From: Buchnera aphidicola (Neophyllaphis podocarpi)
Lineage (GTDB): Bacteria > Pseudomonadota > Gammaproteobacteria > Enterobacterales > Enterobacteriaceae
Reading direction: 5' to 3'
NCBI RefSeq assembly: GCF_964059055.1
Contig: NZ_OZ060386.1
Span: forward strand, 510,001 to 542,000
Length of the DNA stretch: 32,000 nt
Positions 1 through 7,708 of this stretch are shown here, one piece after another; the first letter of the stretch is position 1, and each line of letters begins with the position of its first letter. The translations under genes and the position numbers were made by a program. The notes beneath the pieces were generated by a model. It had not been told where the DNA came from and made no database searches. It saw nothing but the letters and a program-made list of their open reading frames with translations.

Positions 1-339
1 AAAGAATTATTACCTTTAAACTCGTTAATACAAATTAATATAAAAAAAAACAATGAAATTGATGACAAAGAAATATATAATATTTCTGATATTATAAAAT
101 CTTTGCCTAATTTAAAGTTAAGAGGAATAATGGCAATTCCTAATAAACTAAACAAAAACAAAGAAAAAGAAATAAAAGCAACATATAAAAAAATAGAAAA
201 AATATATAATAAACTAAAAGAAAAATATTCATCAATAGATACTTTATCATTAGGAATGAGTAATGATATAAGAATAGCTATAAAAAATGGAAGTAATATG
301 CTAAGAATAGGTAAATCAATATTTGGTAACAGAAAATAA
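1..339 (+). CDS. yggS: PLP-binding protein YggS, C-terminal part (5' end lies off the left edge)
   Basis: Frame 1 is open from base 1. The tail LKLRGIMAIP...IDTLSLGMSNDIRIAIKNGSNMLRIGKSIFG parallels the E. coli YggS C-terminus (LRLRGLMAIP...IDTLSLGMSDDMEAAIAAGSTMVRIGTAIFG). It is followed by yggT, as in E. coli. Confidence 0.9.
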   Translation, partial: KELLPLNSLIQINIKKNNEIDDKEIYNISDIIKSLPNLKLRGIMAIPNKLNKNKEKEIKATYKKIEKIYNKLKEKYSSIDTLSLGMSNDIRIAIKNGSNMLRIGKSIFGNRK

Positions 340-374
340 CAAAATTTATTTATATAATATAACTAGAGAAATTT

Positions 375-935
375 ATGCTAATATTAATTTTATTCAGTAA
401 AAAAATAATTGACATATACATTATGATAATAATACTACGTATATGGATCAATTTATTAAATAATGATTTACATGATAATTTGTCTAAATTTATAATAAAA
501 GCAACAGAACCTCTTATAAATTTAATTAATAAATTAAGTATAAGTAAAAATACTAATTACATAAATATATATTTAATATTGATATCTTTAGTAATAACAA
601 CAATAAAAAATTCTATTATTATGTTCGTAAGTACCGGATATTTTTATATAAATCCAATAAACTTAATTGTAAATATAGCTTCATTATTAAAATTAATAGG
701 TAATTTAATATTTTACTTAATAATAACACGTTCATTTATTAGTTTTATTAAACAAGAGTATAGTAGCATAAACTACTTATTAGTAAAGTTAACAGATCCT
801 TTAATATTACCAATCAAAAGAATAATTCCAGATGTAGGTAATCTAGATTTTGCACCAACAATACTAATAATATTTCTATATTTATTAAATTTTTTAGGAA
901 ATATAATTTTTTTTAAAATATGGAATTTTATATAA
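375..935 (+). CDS. yggT: YggT-family integral membrane protein
   Basis: 186 aa with multiple hydrophobic segments. The N-terminal IIDIYIMIIILRIW...LSKFIIKATEPLI resembles E. coli YggT (VIELYTMVLLLRIW...FSQFVVKVTQPII). It sits directly after yggS. Confidence 0.85.
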   Translation: MLILILFSKKIIDIYIMIIILRIWINLLNNDLHDNLSKFIIKATEPLINLINKLSISKNTNYINIYLILISLVITTIKNSIIMFVSTGYFYINPINLIVNIASLLKLIGNLIFYLIITRSFISFIKQEYSSINYLLVKLTDPLILPIKRIIPDVGNLDFAPTILIIFLYLLNFLGNIIFFKIWNFI

Positions 936-948
936 TAAAAATATAAAA

Positions 949-2082
949 ATGATAAATTATCTACCTCCATTAAGCTTATATATACATATACCCTGGTGCT
1001 TAAAAAAATGTGATTACTGTGATTTTAATGTACATAAATATCAGAAAAAGATTGATCAGAATAATTACATAAAACACGTAATATTAGATTTAAGAAATAA
1101 TTTACCATTAATATTAAATAGAAATATTAAAACAGTATTTATTGGAGGTGGTAGTCCTGGATTAATTAAAATTGAAATCATAAAAAAACTAATAAACAAA
1201 ATAAAAGAAATACTAAAAATAAAAAATAAAATAGAAATAACAATAGAAATAAACCCAAACAAAAAAGAAATTTACAAAATAAATCAATTTGTTAAAGCAG
1301 GTATTAATCGTATATCAATAGGAATACAAACATTTAATAAAAAAAATATGGTTTTAATAGGAAGAAATCAAGAACTAAAAAATATAATGCGATCAGTAAA
1401 AATTGTTAAATCAACAAATTGTAAAAACTTTAACATAGATATAATATACGGATTGCCTAATCAAACTATAGAAGAAGCAATATATGATATAAAAAAAGCT
1501 ATTAAACTAAAACCGGATCATATATCATGGTATCAGTTAACAGTAGAAAAAAATACAATTCTTTATTATAAAAAACCTATTCTACCAAACGAAAATGTTT
1601 TATATAAAATAACAAAGTTAGGTAATAAAATACTTAAAAATAATGGATTTTACCAATATGAAATTTCTTCATATGCAAAAAAAAATAAAAAATGCAAACA
1701 TAACTTAAACTACTGGAGATTTGGTGATTACTTAGGAATAGGTTGTGGTGCTCATAGTAAAATAACTCAATCAAATAATAAAATATTAAGAATAATAAAA
1801 AATAAAAGACCAATAGATTTTATAAAAGGAAAATACATAAATAAAAAGTACGAAATCTTAAAAAAAGACAAAATAATAGAATATTTTATGAATTATTTTA
1901 GAATTTATGAAAAAGTATCAATAAAAAAATTTAGTAAATATACAAATATTAAAGAAAAAGATATTTTACCTAAAATTCAAAAAGCGATAAAACATGGATA
2001 TATAACTAAAAATAAAAACAATTTAAATACAACTAAAAAAGGAAAATTATTTTTAAATGATTTATTAGAAATATTTATTTGA
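949..2082 (+). CDS. hemW: Radical-SAM heme chaperone HemW (YggW; formerly annotated as a coproporphyrinogen III oxidase-like protein)
   Basis: PPLSLYIHIPWCLKKCDYCDF carries the CxxxCxxC radical-SAM cluster motif and matches the E. coli HemW N-terminus. NLNYWRFGDYLGIGCGAHSK is also conserved. 377 aa. Confidence 0.92.
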   Translation: MINYLPPLSLYIHIPWCLKKCDYCDFNVHKYQKKIDQNNYIKHVILDLRNNLPLILNRNIKTVFIGGGSPGLIKIEIIKKLINKIKEILKIKNKIEITIEINPNKKEIYKINQFVKAGINRISIGIQTFNKKNMVLIGRNQELKNIMRSVKIVKSTNCKNFNIDIIYGLPNQTIEEAIYDIKKAIKLKPDHISWYQLTVEKNTILYYKKPILPNENVLYKITKLGNKILKNNGFYQYEISSYAKKNKKCKHNLNYWRFGDYLGIGCGAHSKITQSNNKILRIIKNKRPIDFIKGKYINKKYEILKKDKIIEYFMNYFRIYEKVSIKKFSKYTNIKEKDILPKIQKAIKHGYITKNKNNLNTTKKGKLFLNDLLEIFI

Positions 2083-2086
2083 TATG

Positions 2087-2776
2087 TTAATTTTTTTCAA
2101 AAACTAAATTAAATAACCTTTTTCCATTTAATTTACTTTTTAATTCAAACTTAGTCTTTTCCCTACAGTTAAACAATAGATGATGTTTTTTATGTGATAT
2201 ATTTTTAAAACTTGTAATTTTAGAAATAATTTTTAGAATATTATTAACATAAGATTCAGAATCAGTAATAATATGTAGTATACCCTTAAAAATTAACTTA
2301 GCAAAAATTAAATCAATAAAATCTTTTTTTAATATTCTACGTTTATTATGTCTTCTTTTAGACCAAACATCAGGACAAAAAATTTGAAACTTTAATATAG
2401 AATTATCTTTAATCATATAGTACAATACATCAAACGCATCATAATAAATTAATTTTAAATTTTTTATATTGAGTGAGTTTATCTGTTTTAAACAATAGAT
2501 AATACCAGGTAAATATACTTCTATTCCCAAAAAATTCTTAGAAAAATTTTTAGAAGCAATATCAACGAGAGCGTTACCATAACCAAAACCTATATCTACT
2601 ATTAAAGAGTTATTAAAATCAAATAAATTATTAATATTAATTTTTTTAGTTAAAAAATTTATACCTGAATAGTTCCAAAATTTATTTAAAATATTTGTCT
2701 GATCTGTAGTGATTTTTCTTTTACGAATAACATAACTACGGATAGTACGTTTATAAGATAATTTTTTTTTAAACAT
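2087..2776 (-). CDS. trmB: tRNA (guanine46-N7)-methyltransferase
   Basis: 229 aa. IGFGYGNALV, FLGIEVY and FCPDVWSKRRHNKRR correspond to E. coli TrmB (IGFGMGASLV, FLGIEVH, FFPDPWHKARHNKRR). Confidence 0.9.
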   Translation of the reverse strand: MFKKKLSYKRTIRSYVIRKRKITTDQTNILNKFWNYSGINFLTKKININNLFDFNNSLIVDIGFGYGNALVDIASKNFSKNFLGIEVYLPGIIYCLKQINSLNIKNLKLIYYDAFDVLYYMIKDNSILKFQIFCPDVWSKRRHNKRRILKKDFIDLIFAKLIFKGILHIITDSESYVNNILKIISKITSFKNISHKKHHLLFNCREKTKFELKSKLNGKRLFNLVFEKN

Positions 2777-2881
2777 AATTTAATATACAATTAAAAGTTA
2801 TTATTCTAAAAATCAAAAAATATTATTCCATAGCAATATTATCAGTATTTTAATAAATAAACAATAAGAGTTATAAAAATA

Positions 2882-3121
2882 ATGAAAAATAAAATTTTTT
2901 GCAAATTTCTAAAAAAAATATCAAAAAAACAAGAAAATAAAGTATATCCAGGAAAATTAGGAGATAAAATATTTAAAGAGATATCTGAAGAAGCATGGAA
3001 AATATGGACACTACAACAAACTATTATAATAAATGAAAAACAGCTAAATATGTTAAAAAGAGAAGATAGAAAAATAATAGAAAATGAAATGATAAATTTT
3101 TTATTTAAAAATAAAAATTAA
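2882..3121 (+). CDS. yggX: Fe(2+)-trafficking protein YggX
   Basis: 79 aa. IFCKFLKK...YPGKLGDKIFKEISEEAWKIWTLQQTIIINEKQLNM is collinear with E. coli YggX (IFCTFLQR...[36 protein letters not shown]). Confidence 0.92.
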   Translation: MKNKIFCKFLKKISKKQENKVYPGKLGDKIFKEISEEAWKIWTLQQTIIINEKQLNMLKREDRKIIENEMINFLFKNKN

Positions 3122-3132
3122 AAAGCATAATA

Positions 3133-4575
3133 TTAAATTTTATGAAAAATAATTTTATATACATAATTAGAATAATCCTCTATATTTTTAATTATACGAA
3201 TAATATTAAAATCAAGCATATATTTTTTAGATAAAAAAAATAAATGTTCTCTATATAATTTAAAATAATTTTTGTTTAATTTATTTTTACAATGTAATAT
3301 CCAATTATTTTTTTCTTCAATATCTAAAGTATTTTCAAAGTTTCTAGATCTATAAAAAAATAGTAATAAAGTTAGTCTTTCATCAAAATTACATTTAGAT
3401 AAATTTATCTTACTCAATTTAAAACAATTAGATTGTCTAATGTGATTTATTATACATTTATCACGTGTACTAAAAAAATTTTTATAAAGCTGAGATTCCA
3501 CATCAGAATAAACAAGACTATTATTAATCTGGGAAAAAAAATTATATATTTTTTTTATAAAAAAAGAATTTTTTTTTAATATAGAAATATTATTAAATAT
3601 AAATTCTAAATTTATATTCAAACGTAATAAATCATCTGATCTAAGACAATTTAAAGACAAAATAACAGGACATTTATTAATGTACACAAAATTAATTGGT
3701 AAATAATACTTAAATCTCTTATTAAAAATATCTTTAATTTTATATTTATTAAGAATATTAAAATTTATTTTACTTAAATGATTTAAATCTTCTAATAAAT
3801 TACATGTTACTAATATATTTGCATTTTTAGGATGCCATATCAAAGGTGAAACAATCCCAATATTGTTTTTTTTAGCTCCAAAACAATTAGAAACATAAAC
3901 CAAAATTTTTTTGTTACTATTTAAAATATTTAAAAAACTATTTTTTCTTCTATTTTTAAATAAAAATAAAAATAACTTATTATAATTAATCTTTATTAAT
4001 TTTGCTAATTTAAGAGTAGCATAAACATCTGATATAGCATTATGAGAATTTAAATGAGGTATATTATTAATATTAGTAATATCCTCTAATTTAAAACTAA
4101 CATGACCATATTTATTAACTGGCCAACGTATTAATCCATCATAAGGTCGTAAAGCATGACAGGCTCTTAATAAATTCAAAACATCCCATCGAGAGTTACC
4201 ATTTTTCCAGCTCCAAGAGTAAGGATCTAAAAAATTTCTATAAAAAATATTCCTAGTAAATTCATCATCAAAATTAATATTATTATAACCTAAAATACAA
4301 GTATTTGGTTTATTAAAAATATCATAAATTAATTTAGCAAATTCGGATTCAATAAAACCATAACGTTGTACATATTGAGGAGTTATACGTGTAATTATTA
4401 TTGAGTTAGGATCAGGTAAATAATCTAGAGGTAATTTACAATAATAAAATATAGGATCAGAAATAATATTAAATTCTATATCTGTTCTAATACAAGCAAA
4501 TTGAGAAACCTTATCTTTTATAGGATCAGTGCCAAATGTTTCGTAATCATAAAATAAAAAACTAGGATTAAACAT
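3133..4575 (-). CDS. sbcB: Exodeoxyribonuclease I
   Basis: 480 aa. FLFYDYETFGTDP, ILGYNNINFDDEFTRNIFYRNFLDPYSWSW, NSRWDVLNLLRACHALRP and HNAISDVYATL match the DEDDh exonuclease motifs of E. coli SbcB over its full length. Confidence 0.93.
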   Translation of the reverse strand: MFNPSFLFYDYETFGTDPIKDKVSQFACIRTDIEFNIISDPIFYYCKLPLDYLPDPNSIIITRITPQYVQRYGFIESEFAKLIYDIFNKPNTCILGYNNINFDDEFTRNIFYRNFLDPYSWSWKNGNSRWDVLNLLRACHALRPYDGLIRWPVNKYGHVSFKLEDITNINNIPHLNSHNAISDVYATLKLAKLIKINYNKLFLFLFKNRRKNSFLNILNSNKKILVYVSNCFGAKKNNIGIVSPLIWHPKNANILVTCNLLEDLNHLSKINFNILNKYKIKDIFNKRFKYYLPINFVYINKCPVILSLNCLRSDDLLRLNINLEFIFNNISILKKNSFFIKKIYNFFSQINNSLVYSDVESQLYKNFFSTRDKCIINHIRQSNCFKLSKINLSKCNFDERLTLLLFFYRSRNFENTLDIEEKNNWILHCKNKLNKNYFKLYREHLFFLSKKYMLDFNIIRIIKNIEDYSNYVYKIIFHKI

Positions 4576-4648
4576 TAAATTTATATTTAAAAATGATTAT
4601 TAAATATATAATACATAATTATTAATAAAATATAAATAAAAATAATAA

Positions 4649-4693
4649 TATTATTAATAATTAATATATAATATATATTAATTATTAATAATA
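4649..4693. repeat. Perfect 45-bp palindrome, A/T only, with 22-bp arms around a central A at 4671
   Basis: I checked it base by base. Position 4649+k pairs with 4693-k for k=0..21, and pairing breaks at 4648/4694. It lies in the 135-bp divergent spacer between the sbcB start (4575) and the yeeX start (4711). Confidence 0.9.
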
Positions 4694-4710
4694 AAATAAA
4701 AAACAAAAAC

Positions 4711-5022
4711 ATGAATAACAATCAACAAAAAAAATCTTTTTCTAATGTAATAAAATTTGTACAAATGTTCAGGAGAAAAAATAAATTACAAAGAGAAATA
4801 ACTGATGTAGAAAATAAAATAAGAGATAATCAAAAGAGAATATTATTACTAGATAATTTACTAGAATATATTAAAACTGATATGAGCATTAAAGAAGTAA
4901 AAAAAATAATTAAAAGTATGAAACAAGATTATGAAGATAGAATTTATGATTATTTTTTAAAAAATGCAGATTTATCTAAGGAAAGAAAAGAAATTATGAA
5001 AGATATTAAAAATTACAAATAA
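4711..5022 (+). CDS. yeeX: UPF0265/DUF496 protein YeeX
   Basis: 103 aa. [38 protein letters not shown]...[26 protein letters not shown] closely follows my recollection of E. coli YeeX ([38 protein letters not shown]...[26 protein letters not shown]). yeeX lies a few genes from sbcB in E. coli. Confidence 0.75.
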   Translation: MNNNQQKKSFSNVIKFVQMFRRKNKLQREITDVENKIRDNQKRILLLDNLLEYIKTDMSIKEVKKIIKSMKQDYEDRIYDYFLKNADLSKERKEIMKDIKNYK

Positions 5023-5068
5023 ATTAATAATAATTTTTACAAAGTTAAAACAAAATTTAAGTATATAA

Positions 5069-5141
5069 CTCCTCCGACTGGACTCGAACCAGTGACATAC
5101 GGATTAACAGTCCGTCGTTCTACCAACTGAACTACAGAGGA
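5069..5141 (-). tRNA. tRNA-Asn (anticodon GUU)
   Basis: The reverse complement reads TCCTCTGTAGTTCAGTTGGTAGAACGACGGACTGTTAATCCGTATGTCACTGGTTCGAGTCCAGTCGGAGGAG. It forms a cloverleaf with anticodon loop CT-GTT-AA and is near-identical to E. coli tRNA-Asn. No CCA is encoded. Confidence 0.95.
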
Positions 5142-5311
5142 TTATTAAAATAATTATAATAATATTTTTTATTTTGTCAAGTGATCTTTATGCGAAAAAA
5201 TTATTTTAAAAAAATAAAGTATACAAATATTATTTTTTATTGTATAATTAACGTTAAATTCAGTTATTCTGTTTAAGATATATATAAAAATTTTAAAAAT
5301 AATAAAATTAT

Positions 5312-5384
5312 GGCCCTTTAGCTCAGTGGTAAGAGCAGGCGACTCATAATCGCTTGGTCGCTGGTTCAAATCCAGCAAGGGCCA
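5312..5384 (+). tRNA. tRNA with anticodon CAU, most similar to the lysidine-modified tRNA-Ile2 (ileX type) rather than elongator or initiator tRNA-Met
   Basis: The sequence is GGCCCTTTAGCTCAGTGGTAAGAGCAGGCGACTCATAATCGCTTGGTCGCTGGTTCAAATCCAGCAAGGGCCA. The cloverleaf is clear. The anticodon stem GGCGA/TCGCT, the variable region and the T-arm match my recollection of E. coli ileX almost base for base. It lacks the initiator features (C1-A72 mismatch, three G-C pairs in the anticodon stem). Confidence 0.9.
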
Positions 5385-5441
5385 AAAGTATTTATTTATT
5401 AAGCTAATTAAATTAAAAATTATAATATAACTGAGTTAATA

Positions 5442-6164
5442 ATGAATTTATTAATAAAAAGAAATAAAAACATACGCCCGATTAAATTTATAAAAAACTA
5501 TATTAAATTCAATAAAAGCTCGGTATTAATAGAATCAGGAAATACTAAAGTAATATGCAATGCATCAATAGAAAAAAAAATTCCTAAATTTTTAAAAAAT
5601 AAAAAATCAGGATGGTTAAGAGCAGAATACAGCATGTTACCTTATTCAACAAGTATAAGAAATAATAGAGAAATATTTAAAGGTAAACAAAGCGGAAGAA
5701 CTATAGAAATACAAAGATTAATATCTAGAATACTAAGAATGTCTATTGATTTAAAAAAATTAGATAACAAATCTACTATAGTAGTAGATTGTGATGTAAT
5801 ACAAGCTGATGGAGGTACAAGAACAGCTTCAGTAAATGGATCTTCAGTAGCTTTATATATTTTATTAAAAGAACTATATACTCAAAAAAAAATAGAAAAA
5901 AATCCATTTAAAAATTTAGTCGCAGGTATTTCAATTGGAAAAAAAAATAATAAACTATTCTGTGATATGAATTATAAAGAAGATTCATCAACAGAAATAG
6001 ATGTAAATATATTTATGAATGAAAAAAAAGAAATAATTGAAATTCAAGGAACTTCAGAAAAAAAACCTATATCTAAGAAAAATTTTTTTCATATATTAGA
6101 ATTAGCAGAAAAAAATATTCCTTTGATTCTAAATGCTCAAAAAAAAATATTAGAAAAAATATAA
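5442..6164 (+). CDS. rph: Ribonuclease PH
   Basis: 240 aa, collinear with E. coli Rph. Conserved blocks: RPIKFIKNY..GSVLIESGNTKVICNASIE, GWLRAEYSMLP, GRTIEIQRLISR, DCDVIQADGGTRTASVNGSSVAL. Confidence 0.94.
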   Translation: MNLLIKRNKNIRPIKFIKNYIKFNKSSVLIESGNTKVICNASIEKKIPKFLKNKKSGWLRAEYSMLPYSTSIRNNREIFKGKQSGRTIEIQRLISRILRMSIDLKKLDNKSTIVVDCDVIQADGGTRTASVNGSSVALYILLKELYTQKKIEKNPFKNLVAGISIGKKNNKLFCDMNYKEDSSTEIDVNIFMNEKKEIIEIQGTSEKKPISKKNFFHILELAEKNIPLILNAQKKILEKI

Positions 6165-6195
6165 AAGTAGTTTTGATAAGACAAAGTATAATAAT

Positions 6196-6845
6196 ATGAT
6201 ATATATTAAAAACAAATTTATTAATTTAATAATAAAAAAAAAGTATTACAATTTGGAAAATTTAAATTAAAATCAGGAAGAAATAGTCCATATTTTTTTA
6301 ACTCTGGAATTTTAAATACAGGTAAAGAACTACATATTTTAGGTAAAATATACGCAAAAATAATAGTAGAATCAAAAATTAAGTTTGATGTAATATTTGG
6401 AACAGCTTATAAAGGTATTCCTATAGTTACAGCAACAGCAATAGCTTTATCAAAATATTATAATTTAGAAATTCCTTATTGTTTTAACAGAAAAGAACAA
6501 AAACAATATGGAGATAAAGGAGAATTAATAGGAAGTAATATTAAAGAAAAAAAAATTATAATAATAGATGATGTAATAACAGCAGGAACATCTGTTAAAA
6601 ATTTAGAAAAAATTATAAAAGAGAAAAAAGCACAAGTAAAAGGAATTATAGTTGCATTAGATAGACAAGAAAAATTTCATGGAGAAGAAAATATATCACA
6701 ATACATAAAAACAAAATATGCATGTAATCTAATATCAATTATTACAATACAAGACATTATATCTTACATATCTAAGGAAAAAAATAAGAAACTATTTAGA
6801 AACTTAGAAAAAATGTGTAAATACTATATTAAATATAGTTTATAA
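6196..6845 (+). pseudogene. pyrE: Orotate phosphoribosyltransferase. The body is intact, but the ATG (6196) is out of frame with the rest because of an A9 run at 6234-6242. It may still be expressed through slippage.
   Basis: There is no entry in the ORF track. Hand translation of 6225-6845 shows no stop and reads ..KKKVLQFGKFKLKSGRNSPYFFNSG...YKGIPIVTATAIAL...PYCFNRKE...IIIDDVITAGTS...VALDRQE.. This matches E. coli PyrE, including the PRPP-binding VDDVITAGT motif. The ATG frame (MIYIKNKFINLII) stops at TAA 6268-6270. The gene follows rph, as in E. coli. Confidence 0.85.
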
Positions 6846-6865
6846 AAAATAATAAACACAAATAT

Positions 6866-7324
6866 TCATATTCCGGTATGTCCAAATCCTTTTTTTCCTC
6901 TTGTACTAATTTTAGTAAATTCACTAACTACATTTAATTCCACTTTTAATATAGGTATAAATACTATTTGAGCAATACGATTCCCTGGATGAATGGTAAA
7001 TGATTTATTACTACGATTCCATAAAGAAATCATTAAAGATCCTTGATAATCAGAATCAATTAAACCAATAGAATTACCTAATATAATTCCATGGATATGA
7101 CCTAATCCTGATCTAGGTAAAATTAAAGCAGTAATCAAAGGATCTTCAATAGATATTGCTATACCAGAAGACAACAAAACAGATTTATTAGGTTTTAAAT
7201 TTATTATATGATCATTACAAGATAATAAATCTAAACCAGAAGATCCAATAGTCTTATAAGAAGGTAAAGGAAATATATTGCCTATACGTTTATCTATAAT
7301 TTTAATATTTATTTTTTTTTTCAT
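6866..7324 (-). CDS. dut: dUTP diphosphatase
   Basis: 152 aa. [34 protein letters not shown] and [10 protein letters not shown] match the E. coli Dut motifs. Confidence 0.94.
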   Translation of the reverse strand: MKKKINIKIIDKRIGNIFPLPSYKTIGSSGLDLLSCNDHIINLKPNKSVLLSSGIAISIEDPLITALILPRSGLGHIHGIILGNSIGLIDSDYQGSLMISLWNRSNKSFTIHPGNRIAQIVFIPILKVELNVVSEFTKISTRGKKGFGHTGI

Positions 7325-7708
7325 AAAAAAACCATTAATAAAAAATTAAAATATTTTAAATTTTTACAATTCAATAATATAATTATTAAAAATCTTATTT
7401 TATTAATTGTATTAAATTTAAAATAATAAATTTGTGTATATTATTTTTTATTTAAAATCATCATATTTAAAAATATAACATGATGATTATATAATAATTT
7501 TATTAAAAACAATATAAATTAAAAAATACTAAAAATTTTACATAATTATGTTTAAAAGAATAAATATTTATTTAAATAAAAATTTTAAACAGTAGTAAAA
7601 ATATATATTTTATTTTAAAAATTTTTAATTATTGATATCTTAATTAAATAAAAAACGTAAATTCAATCAAATAAATCTATTAAATTTTATATAAGAACTT
7701 AAAAAAAA

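Noticed and set aside
773-970. 65-aa ORF on the minus strand
   Set aside because: It is antisense to the conserved 3' end of yggT and the start of hemW. The product is low-complexity and Ile/Lys/Phe-rich, as expected from A+T-rich DNA, and has no recognisable motif.
1065-1262. 65-aa ORF on the minus strand
   Set aside because: It lies entirely inside hemW on the opposite strand, and its hydrophobic product is an artefact of poly-T/A codons.
5220-5248. Sigma-70-like promoter TATACA - 17 bp - TATAAT upstream of the tRNA(CAU)/rph unit
   Set aside because: TATAAT-like and TTGACA-like hexamers occur by chance many times at this base composition, so the sequence alone gives no way to tell this one apart. 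I mention it only within a finding.
5169-5378. 69-aa ORF on the minus strand
   Set aside because: Its 5' portion is simply the reverse complement of the tRNA(CAU) gene at 5312-5384. The rest is A/T spacer.
7456-7488. Hairpin AATCATCAT / ATGATGATT (9-bp stem, 15-nt loop) in the dut-rplI spacer
   Set aside because: It is short, has a large loop and no flanking U-tract, and is not positioned after a gene end. It is compatible with chance.
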